Source: an uncultured delta proteobacterium
GTDB lineage: Bacteria; Desulfobacterota; Desulfuromonadia; Geobacterales; DSM-12255
DNA length: 64,000 bases
Assembly (NCBI GenBank): GCA_963787125.1
Contig: CAWBBV010000012.1
Location: forward strand, 256,001 to 320,000
Reading direction: 5' to 3'
A model generated the notes under the pieces. It saw nothing but the letters and a program-made list of their open reading frames with translations, was not told where the DNA came from and made no database searches. The first letter of the stretch is position 1, and the number at the start of each line of letters is the position of its first letter. The translations under genes and the position numbers were made by a program. Of the stretch, positions 27,392 through 37,478 are shown one piece after another.

Positions 27392-29992
27392 TTATCTGGT
27401 TACAATCAAACTGGCCCGTTTTGTCACTGATCGATAAACCGCTGAAATGGTGACAGTTCTGCTGCTTAATACCGGCGAAGTGGTGATGGTGAAATTCGCA
27501 CTGCTGCTTCCTGCCGGCACCGTTACGCTGGCAGGCAAAGTAGCTGCCGTCGAATTGTCGCTCAGTGAAACCTTTGCACCGCCGGTCGGCGCCGGACCAC
27601 TAAGGATTACCGTTCCCTGGGAAGTTTTCCCGCCGGTAACAGTGCCCGGGTTAACTGAAAGCGTACTCAATGCCGGCGGATTGACTGTGATGCTCGCCGT
27701 CCTTGTCACCCCTTTATATGCAGCAGAAATGGTGACTGCGGTAGAACTGCTCACCGGAGTAGTCGCAATATTGAAAGTCACACTGTTACTGCCGCCCGGC
27801 ACCGTTACAAAAGCAGGCAGAGTAGCTGCGCTGGAGTTGTCGCTCACTGAAATATTCACACCACCCGTCGGTGCAACACCGCTCAAAGTTATTATGCCTT
27901 GAACTGTTGTCCCGCCGGTCACAGCAGTTTGGTTAACAGAGATCAAAGTCAGATCCGGTGTCAGCGAAACAGTCCCCTGAACTTTAACAGTCGATACTGC
28001 AGACCCTACCTTTACCTTGACGCCATTATTTGTCGTTCGGTAATCGGCAGCAGTGGCCGGCAGGTTATTCAGCAGAACGTTCAGACTGCTGGCGTATAGA
28101 GGCGGTACGACGATCTCAATTGCAGTTGCCGGGTCTGTTGCTCCGACAACAGTTATTGTTGCAATGTAACCATCTGCGGTGATTTCGACCCTGGGGGTAA
28201 CAGACACCTTGGCGCGCAGCCGCCACCAGTCGTTGATGCCGACCGCATTGCTGCGCAAGAGCCGGGGTTTGGTAAGGCTGTAGTTGAGATACTCCTTGGC
28301 AACAGTGCCGGTATCTGATGGTTGATGGCCATAAAAATTAATTAATCCACCAAGATTGTAATAGAAATCAATTGCCGCCCTTATAGAGGCGACAGTTTGA
28401 TCCTCAGACCGCTGGGAGATCTCTGAACCGACATACCAGTCACTGACAGGCTCTGAAATTGTTGAGAAAATTTTACCGGGCGTCTTATGAGAGAATGTTC
28501 TGTGGGGGAAGGGACCAATTTTCTGCTCGCCCATGGCAAGGACAGCCCCCAACTCATCGAGAATTTCAAGGGAACCTTCCCTGGTTGAGTTGAAGTAAGG
28601 AGAAGTCCAGGTGCGCGGACAGTTTTTTGTTGAGCTGCACCCTCCCCTGCCATTATCCAGACCTGTCAGCCAACCCTCAAGATCGGTAAATGACTTGAGG
28701 ATGGATGCGGCAGCATAATTTTTTCCGCTTGTGTAGCCTGCCGTTGTCGTGTCCAGAGCCTCATCAGGACCCCAGTGCCAATAATCGTAGTCAGTCGGCA
28801 CCAGGCTGACATTTACCGGATTTTTGAGACCACCGTTGTGGGAGCCGATTGTTGCGCCATAACTGGTAACAGCATTACGCAGACCGGCTATTACTGCCGG
28901 ATTCCCACTCATGTCGTCACGCAATGCACCGGTGCAGAAATAATAATCTCCCTTGAAACCGAGGCTTTTTTCGTACTGGGCAGAAGCTTCTATCCCACGG
29001 ATATTAGTCTGGTCGTTTTCAAAATCATGACGTACTACCAGAGCCGCATCATGCTCGTAAGGCCAGGGACTGACTTTGACAAGCGGCAGCTTGAATGATT
29101 CAAAGGCCCACTCAATCGCACGTCGATAAATAAGATAGGCATACATTCCCGGGTCTGCGCTGCCGTTAGAGATAAACGGCTGAAATACGCCGTGATAGAT
29201 AAATTGCCCGGCCCCATAATTCTTAACAGTCAATAGCGGCCCTGCATCACCATTTGCTATAACGGTCGCGCCACTGGCAATCACTTGCCACGCATAGTGT
29301 TGACCATGGAGCAGATGCTCCGGAGACACTCCTAGCGGAATCTCTTCCGCAGTCAAAGGCGCGCGCCAAACAAGATTACCGGCAGGAAGATGGGAAACCA
29401 GACGATGGTCGCCATTTTTAGTAAAATGCATGTTCAGATACCAGTTTAACAGGTCGTGACTCTGCATGTGCAGACCCATTTCACTGGCGAGGGCAAAATC
29501 GCCACGGGTTGTACCGTCAGGTCTACGGGAAAATGATGAAGATCCTGATAGCAGGAATCCGCCGGCGTTGACATAATCGCGCAACATGGACACTTCATTG
29601 TCGTCTATAGCTTCGGCAGCCAGGCTGATAAGTATCGGGTAACTGGGGGTGCCGTCGGTTTTACGTAATTTACCGGCAGCAATATCACTGTCAGAAATTT
29701 CGACAAAAGGAGTTCCATCGGAACGGAGTGATTCTTTTAAGGATTCATAGCCGACAAAATAGCGCCAGGAGGTATAAAACCACTCATAGCCGCTTGTCCC
29801 TGGTACGGTCGGTGTCGGAGCGGTAGCTGGGAGTGTTTCCAGCGCTTTTGTCAACTCGGAAACATGTATCGCAACAAGCGGTTCGGGAACAGTCGCTGCA
29901 GATCCACTGCCTGCTGCCAGCGACATACCTAAAAGAAGCAGGCATAATATTATAATTATGCGGCTATATGGCCTTTGCGCCGGGAAATTCAT
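27392..29992 (-). CDS. Large secreted protein with divergent deacetylase-like barrel and two C-terminal Ig-like repeats
   Basis: Signal peptide; VRHDFEN, IGSHNG, NFYGH; two VTGG..QG..LSG.APTGG repeats. Confidence 0.65.
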   Translation of the reverse strand: MNFPAQRPYSRIIIILCLLLLGMSLAAGSGSAATVPEPLVAIHVSELTKALETLPATAPTPTVPGTSGYEWFYTSWRYFVGYESLKESLRSDGTPFVEISDSDIAAGKLRKTDGTPSYPILISLAAEAIDDNEVSMLRDYVNAGGFLLSGSSSFSRRPDGTTRGDFALASEMGLHMQSHDLLNWYLNMHFTKNGDHRLVSHLPAGNLVWRAPLTAEEIPLGVSPEHLLHGQHYAWQVIASGATVIANGDAGPLLTVKNYGAGQFIYHGVFQPFISNGSADPGMYAYLIYRRAIEWAFESFKLPLVKVSPWPYEHDAALVVRHDFENDQTNIRGIEASAQYEKSLGFKGDYYFCTGALRDDMSGNPAVIAGLRNAVTSYGATIGSHNGGLKNPVNVSLVPTDYDYWHWGPDEALDTTTAGYTSGKNYAAASILKSFTDLEGWLTGLDNGRGGCSSTKNCPRTWTSPYFNSTREGSLEILDELGAVLAMGEQKIGPFPHRTFSHKTPGKIFSTISEPVSDWYVGSEISQRSEDQTVASIRAAIDFYYNLGGLINFYGHQPSDTGTVAKEYLNYSLTKPRLLRSNAVGINDWWRLRAKVSVTPRVEITADGYIATITVVGATDPATAIEIVVPPLYASSLNVLLNNLPATAADYRTTNNGVKVKVGSAVSTVKVQGTVSLTPDLTLISVNQTAVTGGTTVQGIITLSGVAPTGGVNISVSDNSSAATLPAFVTVPGGSNSVTFNIATTPVSSSTAVTISAAYKGVTRTASITVNPPALSTLSVNPGTVTGGKTSQGTVILSGPAPTGGAKVSLSDNSTAATLPASVTVPAGSSSANFTITTSPVLSSRTVTISAVYRSVTKRASLIVTR

Positions 29993-30204
29993 AGCGACCG
30001 CCTTCGTTCTGAGCCACGCCGGCTACGGCGGTCAGAACCGTCAAACCTGACACTTCTTTTGCGTCGCAACAGGTCATATTCGGGCACTACCCAGCCCTCC
30101 TTGCGCAAGAATGAACTGACGGAGCCTTTCTCAAGCAACAGATCGAGCATTTCAGGCCGCACCATATCAAAACTGTTATCCTTGTACATGACCCTGATGA
30201 GCAT
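29989..30204 (-). CDS. GSU3473-family small protein (Geobacteraceae)
   Basis: MLIRVMYKDNSFDMVRP..LDLL..F.RKEGWV..D.LR..DRR pattern; ATGA overlap with the next gene. Confidence 0.8.
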   Translation of the reverse strand: MLIRVMYKDNSFDMVRPEMLDLLLEKGSVSSFLRKEGWVVPEYDLLRRKRSVRFDGSDRRSRRGSERRRSL

Positions 30205-30252
30205 GACCGTCCCCCTATCAGTTTGTATACATAACTATACTTTCAATATATC

Positions 30253-30268
30253 AGCATCAACTGTGCCA
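30253..30268 (-). promoter_or_regulatory. Sigma-54 promoter (TGGCAC-AGTTG-ATGCT)
   Basis: GG-N10-GC consensus 48 bp upstream of ATG 30204. Confidence 0.75.
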
Positions 30269-30329
30269 TACTGCAACACACTGTTATTGTTAAATAAATA
30301 TACTAATGCAATGTTTTGTCTTTTGAATT

Positions 30330-30346
30330 TGTAAGTAGTTTCGACA
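30330..30346 (-). promoter_or_regulatory. Enhancer candidate (TGTCG-N7-TTACA; PEP-CTERM-box type)
   Basis: TGTCGAAACTACTTACA, 61 bp upstream of TGGCAC; same motif and spacing recur at 48941. Confidence 0.6.
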
Positions 30347-30369
30347 TATCCTTTCAGAATTTTTTGCAG

Positions 30370-31629
30370 TTAAGCCATTATTGCCGGATGCCGTTCCGAC
30401 TTATGAGTATTGGCAGGTTCCATAAAGAAACTGACGGAACCATGCTCAACCGTTTCAGCACCTGCTCCAATCGCTAAACGGATGATCCGGCATATCTGCC
30501 GGATCTCCCCGGATCCGACCGCAGTACCTGTTGGTAGCGAAAGTACACGCTTTACCAGCTTTTCGGTTTCCGGCAGCACTAATCCTGCGTGGGGACTATA
30601 GGAGCGGTATGGCTCCATTCTATGACATCCTGGATAAAAGTATCGCCTTGCCAGCACATTTTCAGCACGAAGAATCTCCACAAGTGCATCTCTGGATACT
30701 CCGGTTATGGATTCATCTATTTCCAAAACAATATATTGGTAATTACATTTTTCCTGTCGATCATAGGAGATTATACTCACTCCGGGGATGTTCCTGAGTT
30801 CCTGCTTATATGACTCGTAGTTTTGATAATTTACGGTAATGAAGTCTTCGATGCTCTCCAGGTTGGTCAAACCGGTCAAAGCCGAAAATTCATTCATTTT
30901 GCCATTCGTGCCGACATAGATGACGTCATCAACGATCCCGGAAAACCCGAAATTTTTCATCAAACGGATTTTCTTGGCCAATTCATCATCGTTGGTGGCA
31001 ATTGCGCCACCTTCGGAGGTGTTAAAGAATTTAGTCGGATGAAAACTGAATACTTCGGCATTGCCAAAACTACCCAACATCCGCCCCTGACAAGAGTTTC
31101 CGAAGCCGTGAGCTGCATCGAAGAGAAGTTTCAGCTTGTGATCTGCAGCTATCTTCTCCAATTTTTCGATGTCACAGGGTCGCCCCCAGAGATGCACTCC
31201 AATTATTCCGCTCGTTCTTGGGGTTATCATCTTTTCAATGCAGGCAGGATCAATGGTATGGGTTTTGGGGTCAATATCGCAAAAAACCGGCGTAATCTCC
31301 TGCCACTGCAATGCATGGGCAGTCGCTACAAAAGTGAACGAAGGAAGTATTACTTCACCTTTCAATTCCAGCGCCCGGATTGCAATTTCCAGCGCTATCG
31401 TCCCGTTGCAAAGGGCTATGCAGTGCTTCACACCGATCATTTCAGCGACTCGCTGCTCAAACTCCTGGACATAAGGGCCATTGTTACTGAGCCACTTCCT
31501 GTCAAGCATATCGTTGACCCGTTCCAAAAGACGGGTTCTATCACCAAAATTGGGACGACCAACATGGAGCGGTTCTTTAAATAGCGGCGTTCTACCAGAT
31601 ATGGTTGAATTTTCAGTCTGAGTATTCAT
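30370..31629 (-). CDS. DegT/DnrJ/EryC1/StrS PLP aminotransferase (VioA/DesI-like NDP-4-keto-6-deoxysugar transaminase)
   Basis: NGTIAL, FTFVATAHA, FDAAH, FSFHPTK (PLP Lys), EGGA, NGKMNE, RRYFYP. Confidence 0.9.
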   Translation of the reverse strand: MNTQTENSTISGRTPLFKEPLHVGRPNFGDRTRLLERVNDMLDRKWLSNNGPYVQEFEQRVAEMIGVKHCIALCNGTIALEIAIRALELKGEVILPSFTFVATAHALQWQEITPVFCDIDPKTHTIDPACIEKMITPRTSGIIGVHLWGRPCDIEKLEKIAADHKLKLLFDAAHGFGNSCQGRMLGSFGNAEVFSFHPTKFFNTSEGGAIATNDDELAKKIRLMKNFGFSGIVDDVIYVGTNGKMNEFSALTGLTNLESIEDFITVNYQNYESYKQELRNIPGVSIISYDRQEKCNYQYIVLEIDESITGVSRDALVEILRAENVLARRYFYPGCHRMEPYRSYSPHAGLVLPETEKLVKRVLSLPTGTAVGSGEIRQICRIIRLAIGAGAETVEHGSVSFFMEPANTHKSERHPAIMA

Positions 31630-31688
31630 CTTGTATCCCCCTCTTCACTCACCATTCATTAATATAGGCACACTAACCAATGCAGGGA

Positions 31689-32228
31689 CTAATTAGTAAA
31701 ATCTTCGGCGCAGATCCCCATTAAGAGCACATCTTTCCACTTTCCTTGCTTGAACACATGACTTCTAAGTGTGCCTTCGACGCTGAAGCCGATGCTTTTA
31801 TAGCTCTGTTCTGCTCTGGGGTTATCGGTCAGAACTCCGAGGTGGACTCGCTTGAGACCAATCTCTTCAAAGGCGTATGCAAGCAGCTGGCGAATTGCCG
31901 ACTTTCCGTACCCTTTAGAGCGTTCGTCAGGATCACCGATAAAAATTCTGAGCTCGGCATTTCTAGAGATCCAATTGATCTGACGAAGATAAATATCACC
32001 GATATGCTTGTCAGTGTCACGGATGCACATGGCAAAATTTATCTCATCGGCAACAGGTGAATGGGCAGCGTAAGCGGTTTTACGTTCCAACCATGTTTGA
32101 GTCGCCTGTTTGCTCGTATAGCGGAATGAGCCCCCGACCATTTCATACAGCTCTTTATCGTTATGCCACGCATGCAATCTGTCCAGGTCTGACATCTCCA
32201 GTGCTCGTAAATAGATCGGTTCCTTCAT
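31689..32228 (-). CDS. GNAT N-acetyltransferase, RimJ/RimL/PseH-like
   Basis: RBS AAGGAGG, ATG 32228; IYLRALE, AELRIFIG..RSKGYG, N.RA..SY..IGF..EG.LR. Confidence 0.85.
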   Translation of the reverse strand: MKEPIYLRALEMSDLDRLHAWHNDKELYEMVGGSFRYTSKQATQTWLERKTAYAAHSPVADEINFAMCIRDTDKHIGDIYLRQINWISRNAELRIFIGDPDERSKGYGKSAIRQLLAYAFEEIGLKRVHLGVLTDNPRAEQSYKSIGFSVEGTLRSHVFKQGKWKDVLLMGICAEDFTN

Positions 32229-32250
32229 ATCTCCTCCTTTTCGGCTGAAC

Positions 32251-34072
32251 CGTTGTGTCAAACTTCTTGACATGTCTTTTTGCTTTTCAGTTCTAATTTC
32301 AATGCATTACCAATCAAAGTCTTGCCTCCCCCCGTGATTCTGGTTAAGAATGCCAGTTATGGAGGGCTAGCTCATGTCGTACCTATCCAAAACTGCCCGG
32401 TTTGTTGTCTGGATTTGCTCCAAGTTTACAAAGACCGAGATTGAACAGATCGTCGTCGGGTTGTCAGATGTCCTCGAAAATCGTAATCCTGAAGTTAAGC
32501 CAAAGGACGATTTCAAAGAGAAACATCCGAACTACAGAAACTTTATTGTCGATCCCAAGCCGCCACTGACTGAGCCCCCAAAGTTTAAAAAAAAGACCTC
32601 GATCAAAAAGACTACCGGCAACTCCTGATTGAGTACGAAACACTTCACGGAAAGTCTCTTGCTCCGGTCAAGCTCCGGGCGGGTTCATCACCGGTTCCAG
32701 TGCATGTCACCTGTCCCTGCTGCGGAGCGCCAAATACTTATCTCTACTTCAACGACGGAAAGAAGCGCTCTCAAGTTCTCTGCAAGGTTTGCTCTCAACT
32801 CTTCCAACTCCAACAGCGCTTCAGAACCAACAGAAAGTCAAAGCTCTTCTGTCCCCATTGCGGGCTGGCTCTCTTCAGGTGGAAGTCGCAAAAGGAAGTG
32901 ACCATCCACAAGTGCCCAAATGATAACTGTCCTCACCGTATCCAGGCGCTTGCCAAGCTCAATAAAGCCGAGAAAGAGCTGATGAAAAAGAAAAGTTCTC
33001 AGTTCAAAATCAACTACCAGTACCGCGAATATCACTACAAACCGGAAGAGTTGGAACTCTCTTCTCCGGACAAACCGCCGGTCGAACTGGCGAGAATCCA
33101 TAACAGCGAAAACGTGCTTGGCCTGATTCTGACTTTCTATGTTTCATTCGCCGTTCCGGCCAGAAAAACTGCTCAAATCCTGCGCGAAGTCTTCTGTATC
33201 AAGGTTTCTCATCAGACAGTTCTCAATTATGCCGCTGGCGCCGCCTGGCACTGCCACCGATTCAATCTCAAGCATAAAGGCCATATCGATAATATCTCTG
33301 CAGGTGATGAGACCTACATCAAGATCCTGGGCAAGCACCATTATGTCTTCTTTTTTATCTCGGCAAAGAACCTGAAAATCTCCGCCTATCACGTGGCCGA
33401 TAACAGGGGCACTCAGCCTGCCATTATCGCTATGAATGAAGCCATCAGGACTGCTTCTGCCGATCAGCAAATAACCCTTGTCAGCGACGGAAACCCTTCT
33501 TATCCAGCTGGCATTCATTTCATCAATGCCCAGACTGATGATTCCCAGACGATTCAGCACAAAAAGGTTATTGGCCTCCAAAACCTTGATGCCGAGTCCG
33601 AAGAGTACAGATCCTTCAAGCAGCTCGTTGAGCGGCTCAACAGAACCTTCAAGTATCATGTAAGGCCAGCAGCAGGATTCAACAGCACAAACGGTGCGGT
33701 ATCTTTAACTACGCTGTTTGTGACCCACTACAACTTCCTCAGGCCTCACATGTCGCTAAAATATCTACCACCGGTGCCTTTGCAGGAGTTGAAGGCACTG
33801 CCGACCATTCAGGCTAGATGGACCAAGATCCTCTCGCTAGCTGCCTGACTTCCCGTCTTCAAAGATCAATTTACTGATTGTTGTTTTAATCTGACCAACT
33901 ATCTCACGTGCCTGGTCACAGAGTGGCTTGCCCAAAATTCAAGCCAGTAACCACAAAGTAGTGAAGTCACAGTCTGGACAGACTCGGAAAAGATGCAGAT
34001 GAAGGGCATCGTTTACTTTCGAGTACTTTCCATTTCAATATCCCGGCTTTTCATGAAACTTTTGACACTATC
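32251..34072 (+). mobile_element. Insertion sequence, IS6-like DDE family, with target-site duplication
   Basis: Direct repeat GGCTGAAC at 32243-32250 and 34073-34080 (extends to TCGGCTGAAC); imperfect terminal IRs CGTTGTGTCAAA / GATAGTGTCAAA; encodes a DDE transposase. Confidence 0.88.
32374..33848 (+). CDS. DDE transposase encoded in two frames (32374-32628 and -1 frame to 33848), joined at A_AAA_AAG 32589-32595
   Basis: Zn-ribbon CPCC/CKVC/CPHC/CPNDNC; GDETYIKI, VSDGNPSY, VERLNRTFK; -1 frame is open from 32589. Confidence 0.85.
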
Positions 34073-34092
34073 GGCTGAACATTGATCTGAAC

Positions 34093-34995
34093 TTAAGCAA
34101 ACTCACCATCCCTGTAAGCCGGGAAGTAGTTTGTTGCCGTTACCCCTTTTGCTTTGACAATCCCCGCGTATAATTCAGGCTTGAATATTTTCCCACAGAA
34201 GTAGACCGGCCTCGTTCCTGAGGACCAGCCACGCTTGAAATCTGTCAATCCGTCGCTCTTGTCGCTCTGGATGCCTGCGCCGCTGCCAAGGTCAAGCCAG
34301 CGCACCTTATCGGCAAAATAATTAAGCAGATACCATTTCAATGCGTATGAAGCTCGCAGTTTATACCCCAACGGACTGATGGCGACCAAATGACCATAGG
34401 CAACGTCTTTGTGAACGTACCAAAGATCAAGGCCGACAATGGTGCCGTTGGCTACTGCCTTGAACATTACCATCCCGGGAATTGACAGCTGTTTGGCAAA
34501 GGCCTTTTCCGAAAACGCCTTTATCCCGGCAATACTATGTTTATTGACCAGATTGGCGAAAAGCTCTTTCCACTCTTCGAGCAAAAGCGCCGGCTCTGGA
34601 CAAAACTCGACCTCGACATCTTGCCGGGCTCTTCTAACTGTGCTTTGGTGGGATTTTGTAACAACCTGGTTCAGCGGCAAAGACAGGTCGACGATGAAAT
34701 GATCTTTGAAGGGGATAACAATATCGAAGTTTTTGTTGAGGTCAGCAACCTCATAATCTCCGAAGGGATCAGTAACAATTGAAAGGCTTACCAGTTCGTC
34801 ACCAAGTTCGAGCAAATCGGCCGGCAACTCAGCCCAGTCCCGACAGACAAACAATGGATAGGATCCAAGGGCGTCGCGATGGGCAAACCCGGGGATGATT
34901 CTTTCCAGCACCCATCCGCCGCATTTGGGCAGTTCACGTGGATTGCCAAATTCTGCCAGGGACTTCACATAATCAGGATGCATGAATCCGGTCAT
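34093..34995 (-). CDS. GNAT/FemAB-like acyltransferase
   Basis: LDLGSGAG..DGLTDFKRGW, YFPAYR; polysaccharide operon context. Confidence 0.7.
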   Translation of the reverse strand: MTGFMHPDYVKSLAEFGNPRELPKCGGWVLERIIPGFAHRDALGSYPLFVCRDWAELPADLLELGDELVSLSIVTDPFGDYEVADLNKNFDIVIPFKDHFIVDLSLPLNQVVTKSHQSTVRRARQDVEVEFCPEPALLLEEWKELFANLVNKHSIAGIKAFSEKAFAKQLSIPGMVMFKAVANGTIVGLDLWYVHKDVAYGHLVAISPLGYKLRASYALKWYLLNYFADKVRWLDLGSGAGIQSDKSDGLTDFKRGWSSGTRPVYFCGKIFKPELYAGIVKAKGVTATNYFPAYRDGEFA

Positions 34996-35044
34996 GACTT
35001 AACTCTCCTATTTTTCTGACACCGTTTTATAGATAAATGATCTG

Positions 35045-36046
35045 TTATGCTGACAGTGGCTGGCGTCGATATGCGGGGAAATAGCCGTCCATATCTCCAG
35101 AGTCGACCTGTGCTTGTTTACAGAGCATTTCATATATTTCCGGGTTATGAACCTGCTTGAGACATCTGAGCGGCAACTCTTCACAACCGAATTGCCGCTT
35201 GAACTCGGCAATTCCTGTATCCCTGCTGCCGCTGCCACCAAAGTTGAGAATTGGAATATTCAGTGATTTAAGCTGTTTGGCAGTGTGCCAATATAAACCT
35301 GCCGCACAGTTTTTTACCCCGGGCAGCGCTACGGATATTGAGCCATCGGCAACATCATCCGTGTAAAAGGTTACCGCTGCCGCAATAATTTTTCCTGCTT
35401 CCGCAACGCCGACAAGCAGCGCATTTTCCAGATTCAATAAAAACGACAACGTCTGGTGCGTAAAGAAATAGGCATCTGCCGCACTCTTGCGGATGAGAAA
35501 ATCAATATAATTTGTCAGGATAAAATCAATCAGCGGCGCTTTGTCGGTGACAAACTCGATGCCGTTTTTTTCCTGTGAATGGAGATGTTTGCGCCTGCTT
35601 TTAGCCATATTTGCCAAGAGATCATCAACACTGGGCTCAAGTTTGAGGATATGGACCGTTTCATATTCATAAATCGAATCTGTTGCAAAGTGGTCGCTAT
35701 AGTCGAAAATCGGATTAAAACCGAGATAACCACACACATAACCGCGTTTTTTCGCAAATTCATCCCAGTAATAAGGAAAGTCCGCAGACGTGCCATTACC
35801 GACAAAACCCGAAAAACCGTACGGTTTGACAACATCGAGATAACTTCCATATTCACGTTCGGCTATCGGGCAGACGATGCGAATATTCTCCTGTTCAAAA
35901 CAGTAAAGAAAGGTTCTAAGACCGGTCGTCAGGTGCATCGCATAGCAGTTCTCCCAAGTGTGGCCAAAAGTGTGCTTGATGCCCTCAAGCGCCTCTTTCC
36001 ACGCAGCAGGGGAGTTCAGTGGGATACACGAATGGTTAATTGTCAT
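35045..36046 (-). CDS. GNAT/FemAB-like acyltransferase (paralog of 34093-34995)
   Basis: KPYGFSG, LNFGGSG..GIAEFKRQFG, YFPAYR. Confidence 0.7.
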   Translation of the reverse strand: MTINHSCIPLNSPAAWKEALEGIKHTFGHTWENCYAMHLTTGLRTFLYCFEQENIRIVCPIAEREYGSYLDVVKPYGFSGFVGNGTSADFPYYWDEFAKKRGYVCGYLGFNPIFDYSDHFATDSIYEYETVHILKLEPSVDDLLANMAKSRRKHLHSQEKNGIEFVTDKAPLIDFILTNYIDFLIRKSAADAYFFTHQTLSFLLNLENALLVGVAEAGKIIAAAVTFYTDDVADGSISVALPGVKNCAAGLYWHTAKQLKSLNIPILNFGGSGSRDTGIAEFKRQFGCEELPLRCLKQVHNPEIYEMLCKQAQVDSGDMDGYFPAYRRQPLSA

Positions 36047-36057
36047 GGTGCACCGCC

Positions 36058-37323
36058 TTACAGCGTAAATTCACTCAGATACTCTGTTGTCCATGTCAAT
36101 ACCGGCTGAACGACTCCGGGTTCCTTGCCATACCAGGTGCCTTCTCTTTGCCTTACATCGATGATGTTGATCGGTACCCGGCTTTCATAACTGAAGATTA
36201 TTGAGCTTTTGTTTTTCACAATCAGGATATTAAAGCGATGAATGCCGCTATTCAGCAGATTGCCGGGGAAATAGCCCACACTCCTGAAAAGGCCTTGCGG
36301 CATTGGCTCGCTATTCTGAGTGCCGGTGGTAAAAGCAATCAGTCCTTCCGAGGTGTACAGGTGCATGGTCACATGTAAGTGCGCGGCATCAAGCAGATTC
36401 CAGAATTCAATCTCGACAAGAAACGGTGTCTGCATAGACAGAGGGTCAGACGGATGACCATCCTGGCGCTTCACACATACCCGTCTCAGGCGCACTGTGT
36501 CGTTTCCAGGGGACTCGGATGGTTCATCCCAAAACTCTTCAACCGTATTTGCCGCGTTCACACCTGTAGCCAGATAATCAGTTACAACCTGTGCCGCTGG
36601 TCCGTCTTCGACAATCTGGCCGCCGTTTACCCAGATCACCCGTTCACAAAGGCTATTTACAGCTGTCATGTTGTGACTGATAAAAATTACTGTGCGCCCG
36701 GATTTGGCCACAGTGCTGATTTTACCAAGACATTTCTTCTGAAATGCCGAATCACCAACCGCCAGAACTTCATCGAGAAGCAGAATCTCAGGTTCGAGAT
36801 GTGCTGCCACTGCAAAAGCAAGACGCACATACATGCCACTGGAGTAGCGCTTTACCGGCATGTCCAGAAACTCGCCAACTCCCGAAAAATCAACGATTGC
36901 GTCAAACTGACGCTTTATTTCATCTTTTTTCATGCCGATGATGGCACCATTAAGATAGATATTCTCCCTGCCGCTAAGTTCCGGATGGAAGCCGGTACCT
37001 ACTTCCAATAGGGAACCGATGCGGCCGAAAACATTCACTCTTCCGTTTGTCGGAGCAGTTATCTGGGAAAGTATTTTCAGGAGAGTGCTTTTTCCGGCAC
37101 CATTGTGACCGATGATGCCGACAATTTCCCCTTCCCTGACCTCAAATGATACGTCCTTCAATGCCCAGAATTCCCGCTCATGCGCTGGTGTCTGCTTATC
37201 ACGCTTGAAGGTTGACCTGATGACTGAAGCCAGGTGATCGGCAACAGTGTCATGACGATACGTTGCGGTGGCTACCTTATAGCTCTTGGAAATATTTTCT
37301 GCATGAATTGCTATTTCACTCAT
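36058..37323 (-). CDS. wzt: Polysaccharide ABC exporter ATP-binding protein with C-terminal Wzt_C domain
   Basis: GHNGAGKSTLL, YSSGMYVRLAF, LLDEVL, ISH; C-terminal extension. Confidence 0.92.
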   Translation of the reverse strand: MSEIAIHAENISKSYKVATATYRHDTVADHLASVIRSTFKRDKQTPAHEREFWALKDVSFEVREGEIVGIIGHNGAGKSTLLKILSQITAPTNGRVNVFGRIGSLLEVGTGFHPELSGRENIYLNGAIIGMKKDEIKRQFDAIVDFSGVGEFLDMPVKRYSSGMYVRLAFAVAAHLEPEILLLDEVLAVGDSAFQKKCLGKISTVAKSGRTVIFISHNMTAVNSLCERVIWVNGGQIVEDGPAAQVVTDYLATGVNAANTVEEFWDEPSESPGNDTVRLRRVCVKRQDGHPSDPLSMQTPFLVEIEFWNLLDAAHLHVTMHLYTSEGLIAFTTGTQNSEPMPQGLFRSVGYFPGNLLNSGIHRFNILIVKNKSSIIFSYESRVPINIIDVRQREGTWYGKEPGVVQPVLTWTTEYLSEFTL

Positions 37324-37355
37324 TAATTACTCCTGCTGATCAGGATTGGACTTGC

Positions 37356-37477
37356 TCCAATTCGAAATCGAAGATGAAATCAAGGCGGCGAGGATTGAGG
37401 CGTCGAAGCAGTACTAATTAGTACGCTGAGGAGCCGAAGACGAGCCAACGCAGATAGCGCTTTGATTTTGAATTGGA
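37356..37477. repeat. Palindromic intergenic repeat (MITE/REP-like)
   Basis: TCCAATTCGAAATCGAAG ... CTTTGATTTTGAATTGGA terminal inverted repeat; internal GTACTAATTAGTAC palindrome; CAAGGCG/GAGGCG/AACGCAG core. Confidence 0.65.
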
Positions 37478-37478
37478 C

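Noticed and set aside
21798..29992. PEP-CTERM substrates of the exosortase
   Set aside because: No VPEP-hydrophobic-Arg tail in these or any other ORF in the track.
32229..32273. N-terminal extension of the GNAT ORF (track start 32273)
   Set aside because: Extension is read from the IS end; the real start is ATG 32228 after AAGGAGG.
32251..34080. Outward TTGACA hexamers in both IS ends forming hybrid promoters
   Set aside because: No acceptable -10 hexamer 16-18 bp downstream on either side.
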